Source: a virus
Length of the DNA: 11,164 nt
Virus genome (UHGV): UHGV-0778032
Reading direction: 5' to 3' (one strand)
Numbering within the stretch: position 1 is the stretch's first letter; each line of letters starts with the position of its first letter. A program made the position numbers and the translations under genes. Positions 1-6,696 of this stretch are shown one piece after another. Under the pieces are notes generated by a model. That model did no database searches and was not told where the DNA came from. It was given only the letters and a program-made list of their open reading frames with translations.

Positions 1-127
1 CTTCTGAGGCATAATCGAAGGTATGGATAATCTCAAAATCACCAGTATCTGCTGGTGCATTCTTCCATCTGGAGAAGCGGGATTTTAATTGCTGGTGTGT
101 GAAGAGTTCAGCATTACGAGTTAAATC
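1..127. repeat. Left copy of perfect 127-bp terminal inverted repeat (reverse complement of 11038..11164)
   Basis: Reverse complement of 1..127 compared block by block with 11038..11164 and found identical; identity breaks at 128 versus 11037. Lies inside codons 26-68 of the outward-reading minus-strand ORF. Confidence 0.95.
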
Positions 128-205
128 TTTCCATGTTCCGTTATTCTCACGGACAAGATGACCTCTATGGCGATAAAACGCATGATAATCAAATGTGCAT
201 AGCAT
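1..205 (-). CDS. Hypothetical protein, 5' portion only (68 codons, continues past left edge)
   Basis: ATG at 205-203 overlaps the TAA stop of the upstream 96-aa ORF (TAATG, translational coupling). Open frame to position 1 (MLCTFDYHAFYRHRGHLVRENNGTWKDLTRNAELFTHQQLKSRFSRWKNAPADTGDFEIIHTFDYASE...). No family recognised. Confidence 0.5.
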   Translation of the reverse strand, partial: MLCTFDYHAFYRHRGHLVRENNGTWKDLTRNAELFTHQQLKSRFSRWKNAPADTGDFEIIHTFDYASE

Positions 206-495
206 TAAACCTCCAATTTATCAGCAAGCTTGCAAACCTTATCGCTCAAGACCTGAATCATTGAGCAGCCTGTACCTTTAGTTTGTGTTCTCAGTTCATC
301 CAATTGCTCTACTGTGATACGGATAGCCTTAGAACCCTCTGCAACGTCCTTGATAGCGTCAAACGGTGTAAGGGCTGTGTGTTCCTTCAGAATCTCACCA
401 ACAAGTGCTGTGTGGCTCATGGCTGGGTATTTGTCTTTGATTGCTGCCAGTCTGGAATATGCCTCTGGCAAAAGGCGCGTAACTGTGTGTCTCAT
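205..495 (-). CDS. Putative small DNA-binding protein with two ribbon-helix-helix-like units (96 aa)
   Basis: ATG at 495-493 with AAGGA 7 nt upstream and a consensus-like promoter. Strand-helix-helix pattern appears twice (TVTRLLPEAYSRLAAI...ALVGEIL and IRITVEQLDELRTQ...MIQVLSDKV). Assignment is by pattern only, not by search. Confidence 0.5.
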   Translation of the reverse strand: MRHTVTRLLPEAYSRLAAIKDKYPAMSHTALVGEILKEHTALTPFDAIKDVAEGSKAIRITVEQLDELRTQTKGTGCSMIQVLSDKVCKLADKLEV

Positions 496-531
496 TAAAT
501 TTTCCTTCTTAAAATCTTTGACTTATAACTA

Positions 532-560
532 ACTTTAACATATTTATAACATATTGTCAA
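532..560 (-). promoter_or_regulatory. Candidate sigma70-type promoter for the 96-aa gene operon
   Basis: On the minus strand: TTGACA (rc of 555-560), 17-nt spacer ATATGTTATAAATATGT ending in TGn, then TAAAGT (rc of 532-537). The spacer holds a direct repeat ATATGTT x2, a possible operator. Confidence 0.5.
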
Positions 561-582
561 CAACTCATTTACATGTTAATAT
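554..582 (+). promoter_or_regulatory. Candidate sigma70-type promoter reading rightward into the 61-aa ORF
   Basis: TTGTCA at 554-559, 17-nt spacer, TAATAT at 577-582. Its -35 hexamer overlaps the -35 of the divergent leftward promoter by 5 bp (back-to-back arrangement). Confidence 0.5.
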
Positions 583-632
583 GGTTATAGGGGCTGATAC
601 AGGTCATTCCCTTTGATAAATAAGGGGAGTTA

Positions 633-818
633 ATGGGCTTTCTTGAAACAATTGCTGAATCTCACAGATTCGCAAGCTTAGGTTGCTTTGTGTTTCTGGT
701 GCTTCTGGTGTATCAGCTTTTAAAAATGATTATCGCCAAAAGTACACGATTCAATTTCAGCATTAAGCTTTTCAAATATGAAATCACAATTACGATTGAT
801 GATGGTAAAACAAACTAA
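633..818 (+). CDS. Small hydrophobic protein (61 aa), putative membrane peptide
   Basis: ATG at 633 with strong SD AAGGGGAG just upstream and the promoter above. Predicted N-terminal transmembrane stretch (FASLGCFVFLVLLVYQLL) followed by a basic/polar tail. Its stop overlaps the stop of the convergent rep gene. No homology claimed. Confidence 0.45.
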   Translation: MGFLETIAESHRFASLGCFVFLVLLVYQLLKMIIAKSTRFNFSIKLFKYEITITIDDGKTN

Positions 819-1951
819 CGTTTTGTGATGATATTGGTGGCCCTCAGATTACCGGGGTCACCGTCTTTTAATCGTAGCTGGTGGACTGAATCCCAGATAT
901 CAAAATGAAACATCGTAGCAAACTTTAAAGCATCAATTTTTAAACCTGTTACGCCATCATAGAAGAAATAATCCCTCCCTTCCTTCTTTGGTCTAATCCG
1001 GTAAACTTTCCCTTTTCCTTTCTTCGGTTCAGTGTGGGTTTTCTTTCTTGGTGTGAAAGAAAAGTCATCATCGTCACCATCATCAAAGTCATCAAGTTCA
1101 TCAATTCTGTTCTTTAGCTTAGCCTTTCTGAATCTTTCTTTAATTTCTGCTTTACGCTGTTCACGTTTCAATTCCTCTTCAGGGTCTTCTTCATCATCAA
1201 GGTAATCATCGAAGGGGTCCATCTCATCATCAGTGGCGGGGCACTGTGTGTTTTTATGGTCACTATCAACATTCACATCAGAGATTTCTTTGTCTTGTTT
1301 AGAAGTCCTTTTAGAGCTTACTTCAAGGTCATCTAAGTCAGATGTTTTAGAAGCCTCTTTAGTAACTTCACTATCAAGGTCAGATTCATTCACAGAAAGA
1401 AAATCATTTAATTCATCCAAAGAAAGAAAATCATCTTCATTAATGCCATCATTAAGTCCAGTCTCTTTACTCTTATCTATAATATTATTATCTAATGTTT
1501 TATCTAATAACTTATCTAACACGGGTGACATTTTGTCACTACCCCCATGACATTTTGTCACTGGTAGTGGTGTCATTTTGTCACTGGTAGTGGTGTCATT
1601 TTGTCTTACTGATGCTGCAACTTCCTGTGATGTAGGTCTTACAAGTAATTCCGGCTTATCATCCAGTGTGAATACACGATAAGTGCTTTGACGCCCCTGA
1701 TTCTTTTGCACCTGAATTAAACCGTGTTTCTCAAGTGTCTCAATGGCTCTGATTGCTGTTCTCTTTGATACGCCAGCCATATAAGCGAGATGGTCAATAC
1801 TTGGTGAATATGATTTGTATTTCTCTTCATAGAAGTTACAGCTATGAACCATGACCATATAAATTAATCTTGCTGCTGCGTTAATTTCTTCTGAAAGTTG
1901 AGAGATTCGCACATCAAATTTATAAAACTGATTTGGGTTATATTTAGACAT
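815..1951 (-). CDS. Replication initiator protein, phage lambda O-like architecture (378 aa)
   Basis: ATG at 1951-1949 with GAGGT 9 nt upstream. N-terminal ~90 aa has a winged-helix/HTH-like pattern (...SKRTAIRAIETLEKHGLIQV...) resembling the replication protein O N-terminal domain, by eye. The iterons and AT-rich tract lie inside the coding sequence, followed by a highly acidic Asp/Glu-rich region. Confidence 0.6.
   Translation of the reverse strand: MSKYNPNQFYKFDVRISQLSEEINAAARLIYMVMVHSCNFYEEKYKSYSPSIDHLAYMAGVSKRTAIRAIETLEKHGLIQVQKNQGRQSTYRVFTLDDKPELLVRPTSQEVAASVRQNDTTTSDKMTPLPVTKCHGGSDKMSPVLDKLLDKTLDNNIIDKSKETGLNDGINEDDFLSLDELNDFLSVNESDLDSEVTKEASKTSDLDDLEVSSKRTSKQDKEISDVNVDSDHKNTQCPATDDEMDPFDDYLDDEEDPEEELKREQRKAEIKERFRKAKLKNRIDELDDFDDGDDDDFSFTPRKKTHTEPKKGKGKVYRIRPKKEGRDYFFYDGVTGLKIDALKFATMFHFDIWDSVHQLRLKDGDPGNLRATNIITKR
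1440..1520. other. AT-rich tract adjacent to the iterons (candidate DNA unwinding element)
   Basis: Run of A/T-rich sequence (ctataatattattatctaatgttttatctaataacttatc) immediately beside the iteron array, matching iteron-plus-AT-rich origin organisation. Functional role is inferred. Confidence 0.4.
1526..1610. repeat. Four tandem ~23-bp iterons (TGACATTTTGTCACT-like), candidate replication origin repeats
   Basis: Copies start at 1526, 1548, 1571 and 1594 (spacing 22/23/23 bp, about two helical turns). The first two contain the palindrome TGACA-TTT-TGTCA; copies 3 and 4 are preceded by identical GGTAGTGG. They are translated in frame as peptide repeats within rep. Confidence 0.7.
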
Positions 1952-2313
1952 TCATAAATTACCTCATACGTGAAAAGGCCAACCGGATAAAACCGATTAG
2001 CCTGTGTGATTAAAATATCTGGGGATTGATGGACTGATAAAGAAGCCCATGCCTGAAACAGTACGATGATTAAAACGCTGAGGTATACCCTGAATGAGAG
2101 GTTAATATACGCCAACCATCTGACACCTCCCCAAGTGTTACCACTTCAAGACATGAACTTTTTTATCAGCCCATATAGAAACTATAACAGATGTAATTAT
2201 AAATTGCAACAATTATTTCACAGAATAATTACTGATTGGTCATTTATTGTTCACAGGGATACTTCTTAATATCTAAATCACCTGTCTTGTAAATGACCAT
2301 ATTTATGAGAATT

Positions 2314-2976
2314 TTAGCTCAACCTTTGAGCAATCCTGTATGACGTGCTCAGAGGCATTCTGAGAACATCTGCAATGTACTTAATGGGTTTTCCTTGCCT
2401 GTATAGTTTTATGAAGCCGTCGAGCGTCTCAGGTGGGTAAATGGTGGGTCTTCCTCTTAAGCCTCCTCTGTTAATGATGGTTAACGGTAGCAATGTATCA
2501 GCACAGCAAATCATCTGTGTAATTTCATGCCTGCGTGGTTCTTTTTTAAAAACAACGACTGCACTAGGAAACGGTGAACGAATAGTAAGCCCGTTATGCC
2601 CTGCTGGTGGAAGGTATTTAACTGCACGATGAAGAATACGGATTTCATGGCAAAGCGGGTTTGTGAAGATGTGCTTAAGCCAGTATATGGTTTGGGGTCG
2701 GTACGGTATCAGGAATACCGCTAAATCTGCTTCAGACGCTTTTACGAGGAATGTTTTAGTGTCGCTGTATGGTGGGTTACAGAATACCCGCTCACCATCC
2801 CATGACTGATTGCGAATATCATCGGTGAACCGTGGTAGCAATGCGTCGTGCTTAGTTGCAGCACCATCTAGCGTAAGACCAAATTCACGGTGTAAGTTCT
2901 TAAATAACAAAAATGGAGTTCTCCAGCAATCAGAACCCCCATGATGTTTCCCGATTAAAATATGCTCAATTGACAT
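2314..2976 (-). CDS. Phage-type Dam-family DNA N6-adenine methyltransferase with C-terminal resolvase-like HTH (220 aa)
   Basis: Motifs WRTP, CNPPYS (NPPY catalytic motif of amino-methyltransferases) and FPSAVVVF in the order expected for phage Dam methyltransferases. C-terminal ~50 aa (GRPTIYPPETLDGFIKLYRQGKPIKYIADVLRMPLSTSYRIAQRL) resembles the HTH of small serine recombinases. ATG at 2976-2974; no obvious SD. Confidence 0.7.
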   Translation of the reverse strand: MSIEHILIGKHHGGSDCWRTPFLLFKNLHREFGLTLDGAATKHDALLPRFTDDIRNQSWDGERVFCNPPYSDTKTFLVKASEADLAVFLIPYRPQTIYWLKHIFTNPLCHEIRILHRAVKYLPPAGHNGLTIRSPFPSAVVVFKKEPRRHEITQMICCADTLLPLTIINRGGLRGRPTIYPPETLDGFIKLYRQGKPIKYIADVLRMPLSTSYRIAQRLS

Positions 2977-3223
2977 AAGAAATAAAAATTTTTATTGCAA
3001 TCACTCTTGACAAGGTTTACTCTCTTTTAAGAGATACTTAACAGGTTTTCTAAACGGATATCCTTTCTGGGATATCTATCTTTTATCTTAAAAGTTTTTA
3101 CAGATACTTTAAAGATATCTGTATTAAATCTGTACAGTAACTTTTCAGAGTCTGAAAATTTTTATAAAAAATGACTAGCCCTCTTTGAATCTCATCTTCC
3201 CCGAATCTTCGAAAATATCTGAC

Positions 3224-3259
3224 TAGTTGATTCGGTTAGTTGGGCTTGTACCAACCCCT
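3224..3259. repeat. Composite site: X (3224-3241, TAGTTGATTCGGTTAGTT) overlapping Y (3238-3259, AGTTGGGCTTGTACCAACCCCT) by AGTT
   Basis: X has a perfect 18-bp inverted partner at 3730-3747; Y has a 21/22 inverted partner at 4031-4052. Both found by direct reverse-complement comparison. Confidence 0.85.
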
Positions 3260-3716
3260 AATCTACCTCATGATGTCTGTAGCTGCTAAGTACCCGTCAC
3301 ACCAGCTATGTGACCCCCTTTGCAGAATTTTAAAATATCTATTGACTTTCTTCATAGTATCTGTTAACTCCACCTCAAGAAACCTTCATCACACTTCAAA
3401 GCATCTATCAAGAAGATTTAACCTATCAATAGCTGTAACATTTTATAGCTCTGTGAAGTCCTGCCCAGTTTTCTCTGTAACAGCTACAAACTTCTGTGAC
3501 CTTATATGTCAATGACTTACAAGACATGCTCTCAAGGTGCTGTATAGCCACTTATCTTCAAATACACAAAACCCTTATAAATCAGTACTGATACATATAC
3601 AGTGTGTTTTTAACATAATAGCTGTTTTACGCACTAATCGTGTTCTACATGAAATCTGTATAGATATTAAGGTGTCTGTAAGTGATTTTTTAAGAGGAAC
3701 TACGAAGGAACTATGA

Positions 3717-3747
3717 GGTTGATTCCTAGAACTAACCGAATCAACTA
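3717..3747. repeat. Inverted copy of X (3730-3747) inside a palindromic site GGTTGATTC-N12-GAATCAACT
   Basis: AACTAACCGAATCAACTA is the exact reverse complement of 3224-3241. The flanking sequence makes an imperfect palindrome, with a direct repeat GGAACTA x2 just upstream (3696-3714). Confidence 0.85.
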
Positions 3748-4030
3748 TAACCATCACCTCCTAACTTTCACATAGCTGATTGTTATCTCTTGCAACTGTA
3801 ACGTATGGTGACCAACTGCATGAATAGCGTTATATACTCCTGTATATAGCACTTTTCTAGGAGTCGAGAGAGGGACGACTAACACCCTGCATAGTTCCCT
3901 GAAAAGAGACTTTACAGATTCTTTATATATTTCAATAAGTTAGGATAAAAAGGGGCTATGTCGATACTGCGTAGAATCTGTGTAAAACTGCTTAGATATT
4001 TGAAGAAATACCGTTAAATTGCATAGTCAT

Positions 4031-4052
4031 AGGGGTTGGAACAAGCCCAACT
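4031..4052. repeat. Inverted copy of Y (21/22 identity)
   Basis: AGGGGTTGGAACAAGCCCAACT equals the reverse complement of 3238-3259 with one mismatch; 158 bp upstream of the recombinase start. Confidence 0.85.
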
Positions 4053-4209
4053 ACACCTGTTTATGTCCTGTTATTAACAGGTTTCTTAGAAAACCGAATA
4101 GACTTCATTCAAGGGTCATTGTATTGTAGCTATTCGGCATTGTAGCATTAGCCATAACGTTTATAAGTTCATCTTTAAATGATAATCAATTGCATGGGAG
4201 TTTATCACC

Positions 4210-5730
4210 GTGAGAACCGTAATAACATACTTGAGATTCTCATCAGCCACACAAGGTGCTGAAGGTGCTGATTCAACCAGACGACAAAATGAGCTATTCA
4301 AACAGTGGTTAAGGAAGAATAGCGATGCTCAAGTAGTAGCGTCTTTCAGTGATGAAGGTCTATCCGGTTACAAAGGTAAGCACTTGTCAGGGCAATTTGG
4401 GGATATGCTTTCCCGTATTGAAAGTGGGGAGTTTTCAAAAGGTACAATTCTGTTAGTCGAAGCTATCGACCGTATAGGCCGCCTTGAACATCTTGAAACA
4501 GAAGCCTTGATGAATCGCATTATTGCTCATGGTATCGAGATTCACACTCTACAGGATGGGCTAATCTACACAAGGGATGCTCTATCCGATGATTTAGGAA
4601 TCTCAATCATTCAGCGGGTTAAAAGCTACCTAGCGCATCAGGAGAGTAAGCAGAAGTCTTTCCGTGTTAGCGAGAAGTGGAAACAACGTGCAAAACTTGC
4701 CCTTGCTGGTGAACAGCGTTTAACAAAGATGGTTCCCGGATGGATTGACCCTGAGACTTTTAAACTCAATGAACACGCTGAAACTGTAAGACTGATTTTC
4801 AAGCTGCTGCTAGATGGTGAAAGTCTGCATAACATTGCACGTCACCTACAGGCTAATAACATTAGTTCATTCTCACGACGTAAAGATGCTAACGGGTTTA
4901 GTGTTCATTCTGTGCGCACTATCTTAAGGTCAGAAACAACGATAGGTACACTACCAGCATCACAGCGCAATGACCGCCCCGCTATACCGAACTACTACGA
5001 AGCCGCTATAGATGTATCAACGTTCAATAAAGCTCAAGAGATTCTTGGTAAGAACCGTATAGGCCGTACACCTGCAAGTGATAATCCATTAACGATTAAC
5101 ATCTTCAAAGGTCTGTTTAGGTGTCAGTGCGGGGCTAGTGTTCACCCTACAGGGACTAAGAATAAGTATCAGGGCGTTTATCGGTGCAATAACCATCTTG
5201 ATGGTCGCTGTGATGTTCCTCCGTTGAAGCGTAAACCGTTTGATAAGTGGATGATTGATAATTTTCTGGGGATGATTGACGTGGGGAATGATGGAGAAGC
5301 AGAGGGGAAGATTTCATCTCTACAGCATGAGGTTGAAATTGTCACAACCAGAATCAAGAAAGCTACCGCCCTACTTCTTGAGATGGATGATATTGATGAA
5401 CTAAAAATTCAGCTTAAGGAACTGAACCAGAAGCGCACAGAACTACAGACCACGATTGATAACATGAGGCGTAAGGCTTCACTCACTGATAAGGAACTAC
5501 CCCAGCTTAAAGATATTGACCTGACAACTAAAGCGGGTCGTGTCGAGTGTCAATTAATTTTGTCCAAACATCTAAAAGGGCTTACATTGGGTAAGGGTTC
5601 AGTAACTATAACGCTACAGAACGACACTGAAATCACCATACCTACAAACCCGTTACCGCTAAATGATGGGTCACCAATCTTTGAAATTGCTGATAAAGAG
5701 CTACTGGATATTGACGCTTATCAACTGTAA
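4210..5730 (+). CDS. Large serine recombinase (506 aa)
   Basis: N-terminal YLRFSSATQ fits the catalytic-serine motif of the resolvase/invertase catalytic domain. Followed by a long recombinase-type middle region, a Cys-rich zinc-ribbon-like segment (CQCG...YRCNNHLDGRC) and a C-terminal coiled-coil-like region. GTG start at 4210 with GGGAG 9 nt upstream. Confidence 0.8.
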   Translation: MRTVITYLRFSSATQGAEGADSTRRQNELFKQWLRKNSDAQVVASFSDEGLSGYKGKHLSGQFGDMLSRIESGEFSKGTILLVEAIDRIGRLEHLETEALMNRIIAHGIEIHTLQDGLIYTRDALSDDLGISIIQRVKSYLAHQESKQKSFRVSEKWKQRAKLALAGEQRLTKMVPGWIDPETFKLNEHAETVRLIFKLLLDGESLHNIARHLQANNISSFSRRKDANGFSVHSVRTILRSETTIGTLPASQRNDRPAIPNYYEAAIDVSTFNKAQEILGKNRIGRTPASDNPLTINIFKGLFRCQCGASVHPTGTKNKYQGVYRCNNHLDGRCDVPPLKRKPFDKWMIDNFLGMIDVGNDGEAEGKISSLQHEVEIVTTRIKKATALLLEMDDIDELKIQLKELNQKRTELQTTIDNMRRKASLTDKELPQLKDIDLTTKAGRVECQLILSKHLKGLTLGKGSVTITLQNDTEITIPTNPLPLNDGSPIFEIADKELLDIDAYQL

Positions 5731-5735
5731 TTTTC

Positions 5736-5757
5736 AGGGGCTATGAAGCCCCTTTTT
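5736..5757 (+). terminator. Rho-independent terminator after the recombinase gene
   Basis: AGGGGCT-ATGA-AGCCCCT hairpin (7-bp stem, 4-nt loop) followed by TTTT, starting 6 nt after the TAA stop at 5728-5730. Confidence 0.6.
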
Positions 5758-5762
5758 ATGTC

Positions 5763-6554
5763 TCAATAAGTGCCCTTCTTATTCGGATTCACAGAGTACT
5801 TTCGTAAAGCATTACCCGACTTAAGCACTTTTGAAGCCTGCTCATTAGCTGAGGCTGTGAAGGTGCTCTCACCATTTTTAACGCTAACGCTCTTAGAGCA
5901 CGTTACACGGGCTTTTAATGCTTCATCTGATAACTCACTTGCCGAATAGCTAAAAAGCTCTTTACAGGTCAGCATAGGGCTTCCAAGACTCGTTGTAGTG
6001 TTGCCAGTGTTCTTTTTACTGGTAGCACCACCGTCATTCGTGGTAGAAGTCCTTCCGGTCGCAGCCGAGATATCAGTCTGACCCACAATAGCTTTAAAGT
6101 TAATTTCCTGAAAAGTTAATTGGATTCTAAGACCATTGGCAATACCAACATCTTTAGAGGCTTTAAAGTTTGTAATAATTGAGTCGTCAATCTTAATACC
6201 ATCTTTACAGACAACTGAGATAATTTGCTTCTGGTCACGCCAGTTTTCAAGAGTGTCTATGAAGTTTTCCACCAGCTTATTATCTCTTGAGATGAGGATA
6301 CTACCGGATTCACCAACCACAACCACACCACTGATTGAAATAGTTCTGGGTGAACGCATTACATTATCTGTTACAGCCTGCCCTGATTGCATATTTTGAG
6401 TGGTCACCATCATAGGGCTGTCAAATTCCATGTTCTCAGTTGCTGATAGTGACAAGAAATTATCTGGTTGGCCTTGTAGATGGAAGTAAACACCATCTTT
6501 GCCAGTGTAACGAAGCTGATTAGTGTAAATCATTAAATTATCCTTTGATTTCAA
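5763..6554 (-). CDS. Hypothetical protein downstream of the tape-measure gene (possible tail structural protein)
   Basis: The ORF-track start at 6554 is TTG. The in-frame ATG at 6533-6531 has AAAGGA 7 nt upstream and is the more plausible start (256 aa). Contains a Thr/Gly/Asn-rich linker. The structural role is guessed from position only. Confidence 0.55.
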   Translation of the reverse strand: MKSKDNLMIYTNQLRYTGKDGVYFHLQGQPDNFLSLSATENMEFDSPMMVTTQNMQSGQAVTDNVMRSPRTISISGVVVVGESGSILISRDNKLVENFIDTLENWRDQKQIISVVCKDGIKIDDSIITNFKASKDVGIANGLRIQLTFQEINFKAIVGQTDISAATGRTSTTNDGGATSKKNTGNTTTSLGSPMLTCKELFSYSASELSDEALKARVTCSKSVSVKNGESTFTASANEQASKVLKSGNALRKYSVNPNKKGTY

Positions 6555-6609
6555 AGGCTTAGTGTATTTTAATCATTTTTAACCAAGCTTTTGATATTTA
6601 AGTGTTTTA

Positions 6610-6682
6610 TCTGTTAAGCGTGAGCTACGTGAAAAATAATTTTTGGTGGGTATATCTGTTCAGGAGATTTCACGTAGCACAC
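6610..6682 (-). repeat. Copy A of conserved 73-bp dyad element (GCTACGTGAAA ... TTTCACGTAGC arms)
   Basis: 71/73 identical to 8845-8917 in the same orientation. Lies 14 nt after the tape-measure stop and about 75 nt upstream of the next gene start. Confidence 0.9.
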
Positions 6683-6696
6683 GGATATATAAGAAA

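Noticed and set aside
1-127. Terminal inverted repeats considered as the ends of an IS or transposon
   Set aside because: The repeat is in-frame coding sequence of an outward-reading gene, there is no transposase in the window, and 127 bp of perfect identity is atypical for transposon ends.
283-532. Two overlapping plus-strand ORFs (71 and 72 aa)
   Set aside because: Antisense to the well-supported 96-aa gene, with no ribosome-binding sites.
1233-1550. 105-aa plus-strand ORF
   Set aside because: Lies antisense within the acidic low-complexity part of the rep gene, has no SD, and its Ser/Leu-rich composition is the expected mirror artefact.
1526-1610. Tandem repeats considered as a possible CRISPR array
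   Set aside because: Only four copies with a ~23-bp period and no unique spacers of CRISPR size, and they lie inside a protein-coding frame beside an AT-rich tract. Iterons explain them better.
1864-2269. 83-aa minus-strand ORF and 67-aa plus-strand ORF in the rep upstream region
   Set aside because: The first overlaps the rep start in another frame, the second has no SD, and both look like noise in a regulatory region.
2441-2632. 63-aa plus-strand ORF
   Set aside because: Embedded antisense in the methyltransferase gene.
3036-3125. GATATC palindromes considered as targets of the Dam-type methyltransferase
   Set aside because: Canonical Dam targets are GATC, not GATATC, and this enzyme's specificity cannot be read from sequence; kept only as a low-interest motif cluster.
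3240-3515. 91-aa plus-strand ORF in the recombinase upstream region
   Set aside because: Starts with TTG inside the Y repeat, has no SD, and has non-protein-like composition.
3575-3757. 60-aa minus-strand ORF preceded by AGGAGG
   Set aside because: The SD-to-ATG spacing is only 2-3 nt and the ORF reads through the X' repeat with Ser/Cys/Ile-rich composition. The plus-strand ATCACCTCCT at 3753-3762 looks like a 16S rRNA 3' end but is just an isolated SD complement, not an rRNA gene.
3224-4052. Repeat sites considered as a tRNA gene or tRNA-derived attachment site
   Set aside because: No T-arm (GGTTCGAATCC-like) or cloverleaf-compatible sequence could be found near either repeat.
4638-4835. 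65-aa minus-strand ORF
   Set aside because: Embedded antisense in the serine recombinase gene.
6136-6399. 87-aa plus-strand ORF
   Set aside because: Embedded antisense in the 263-aa gene.
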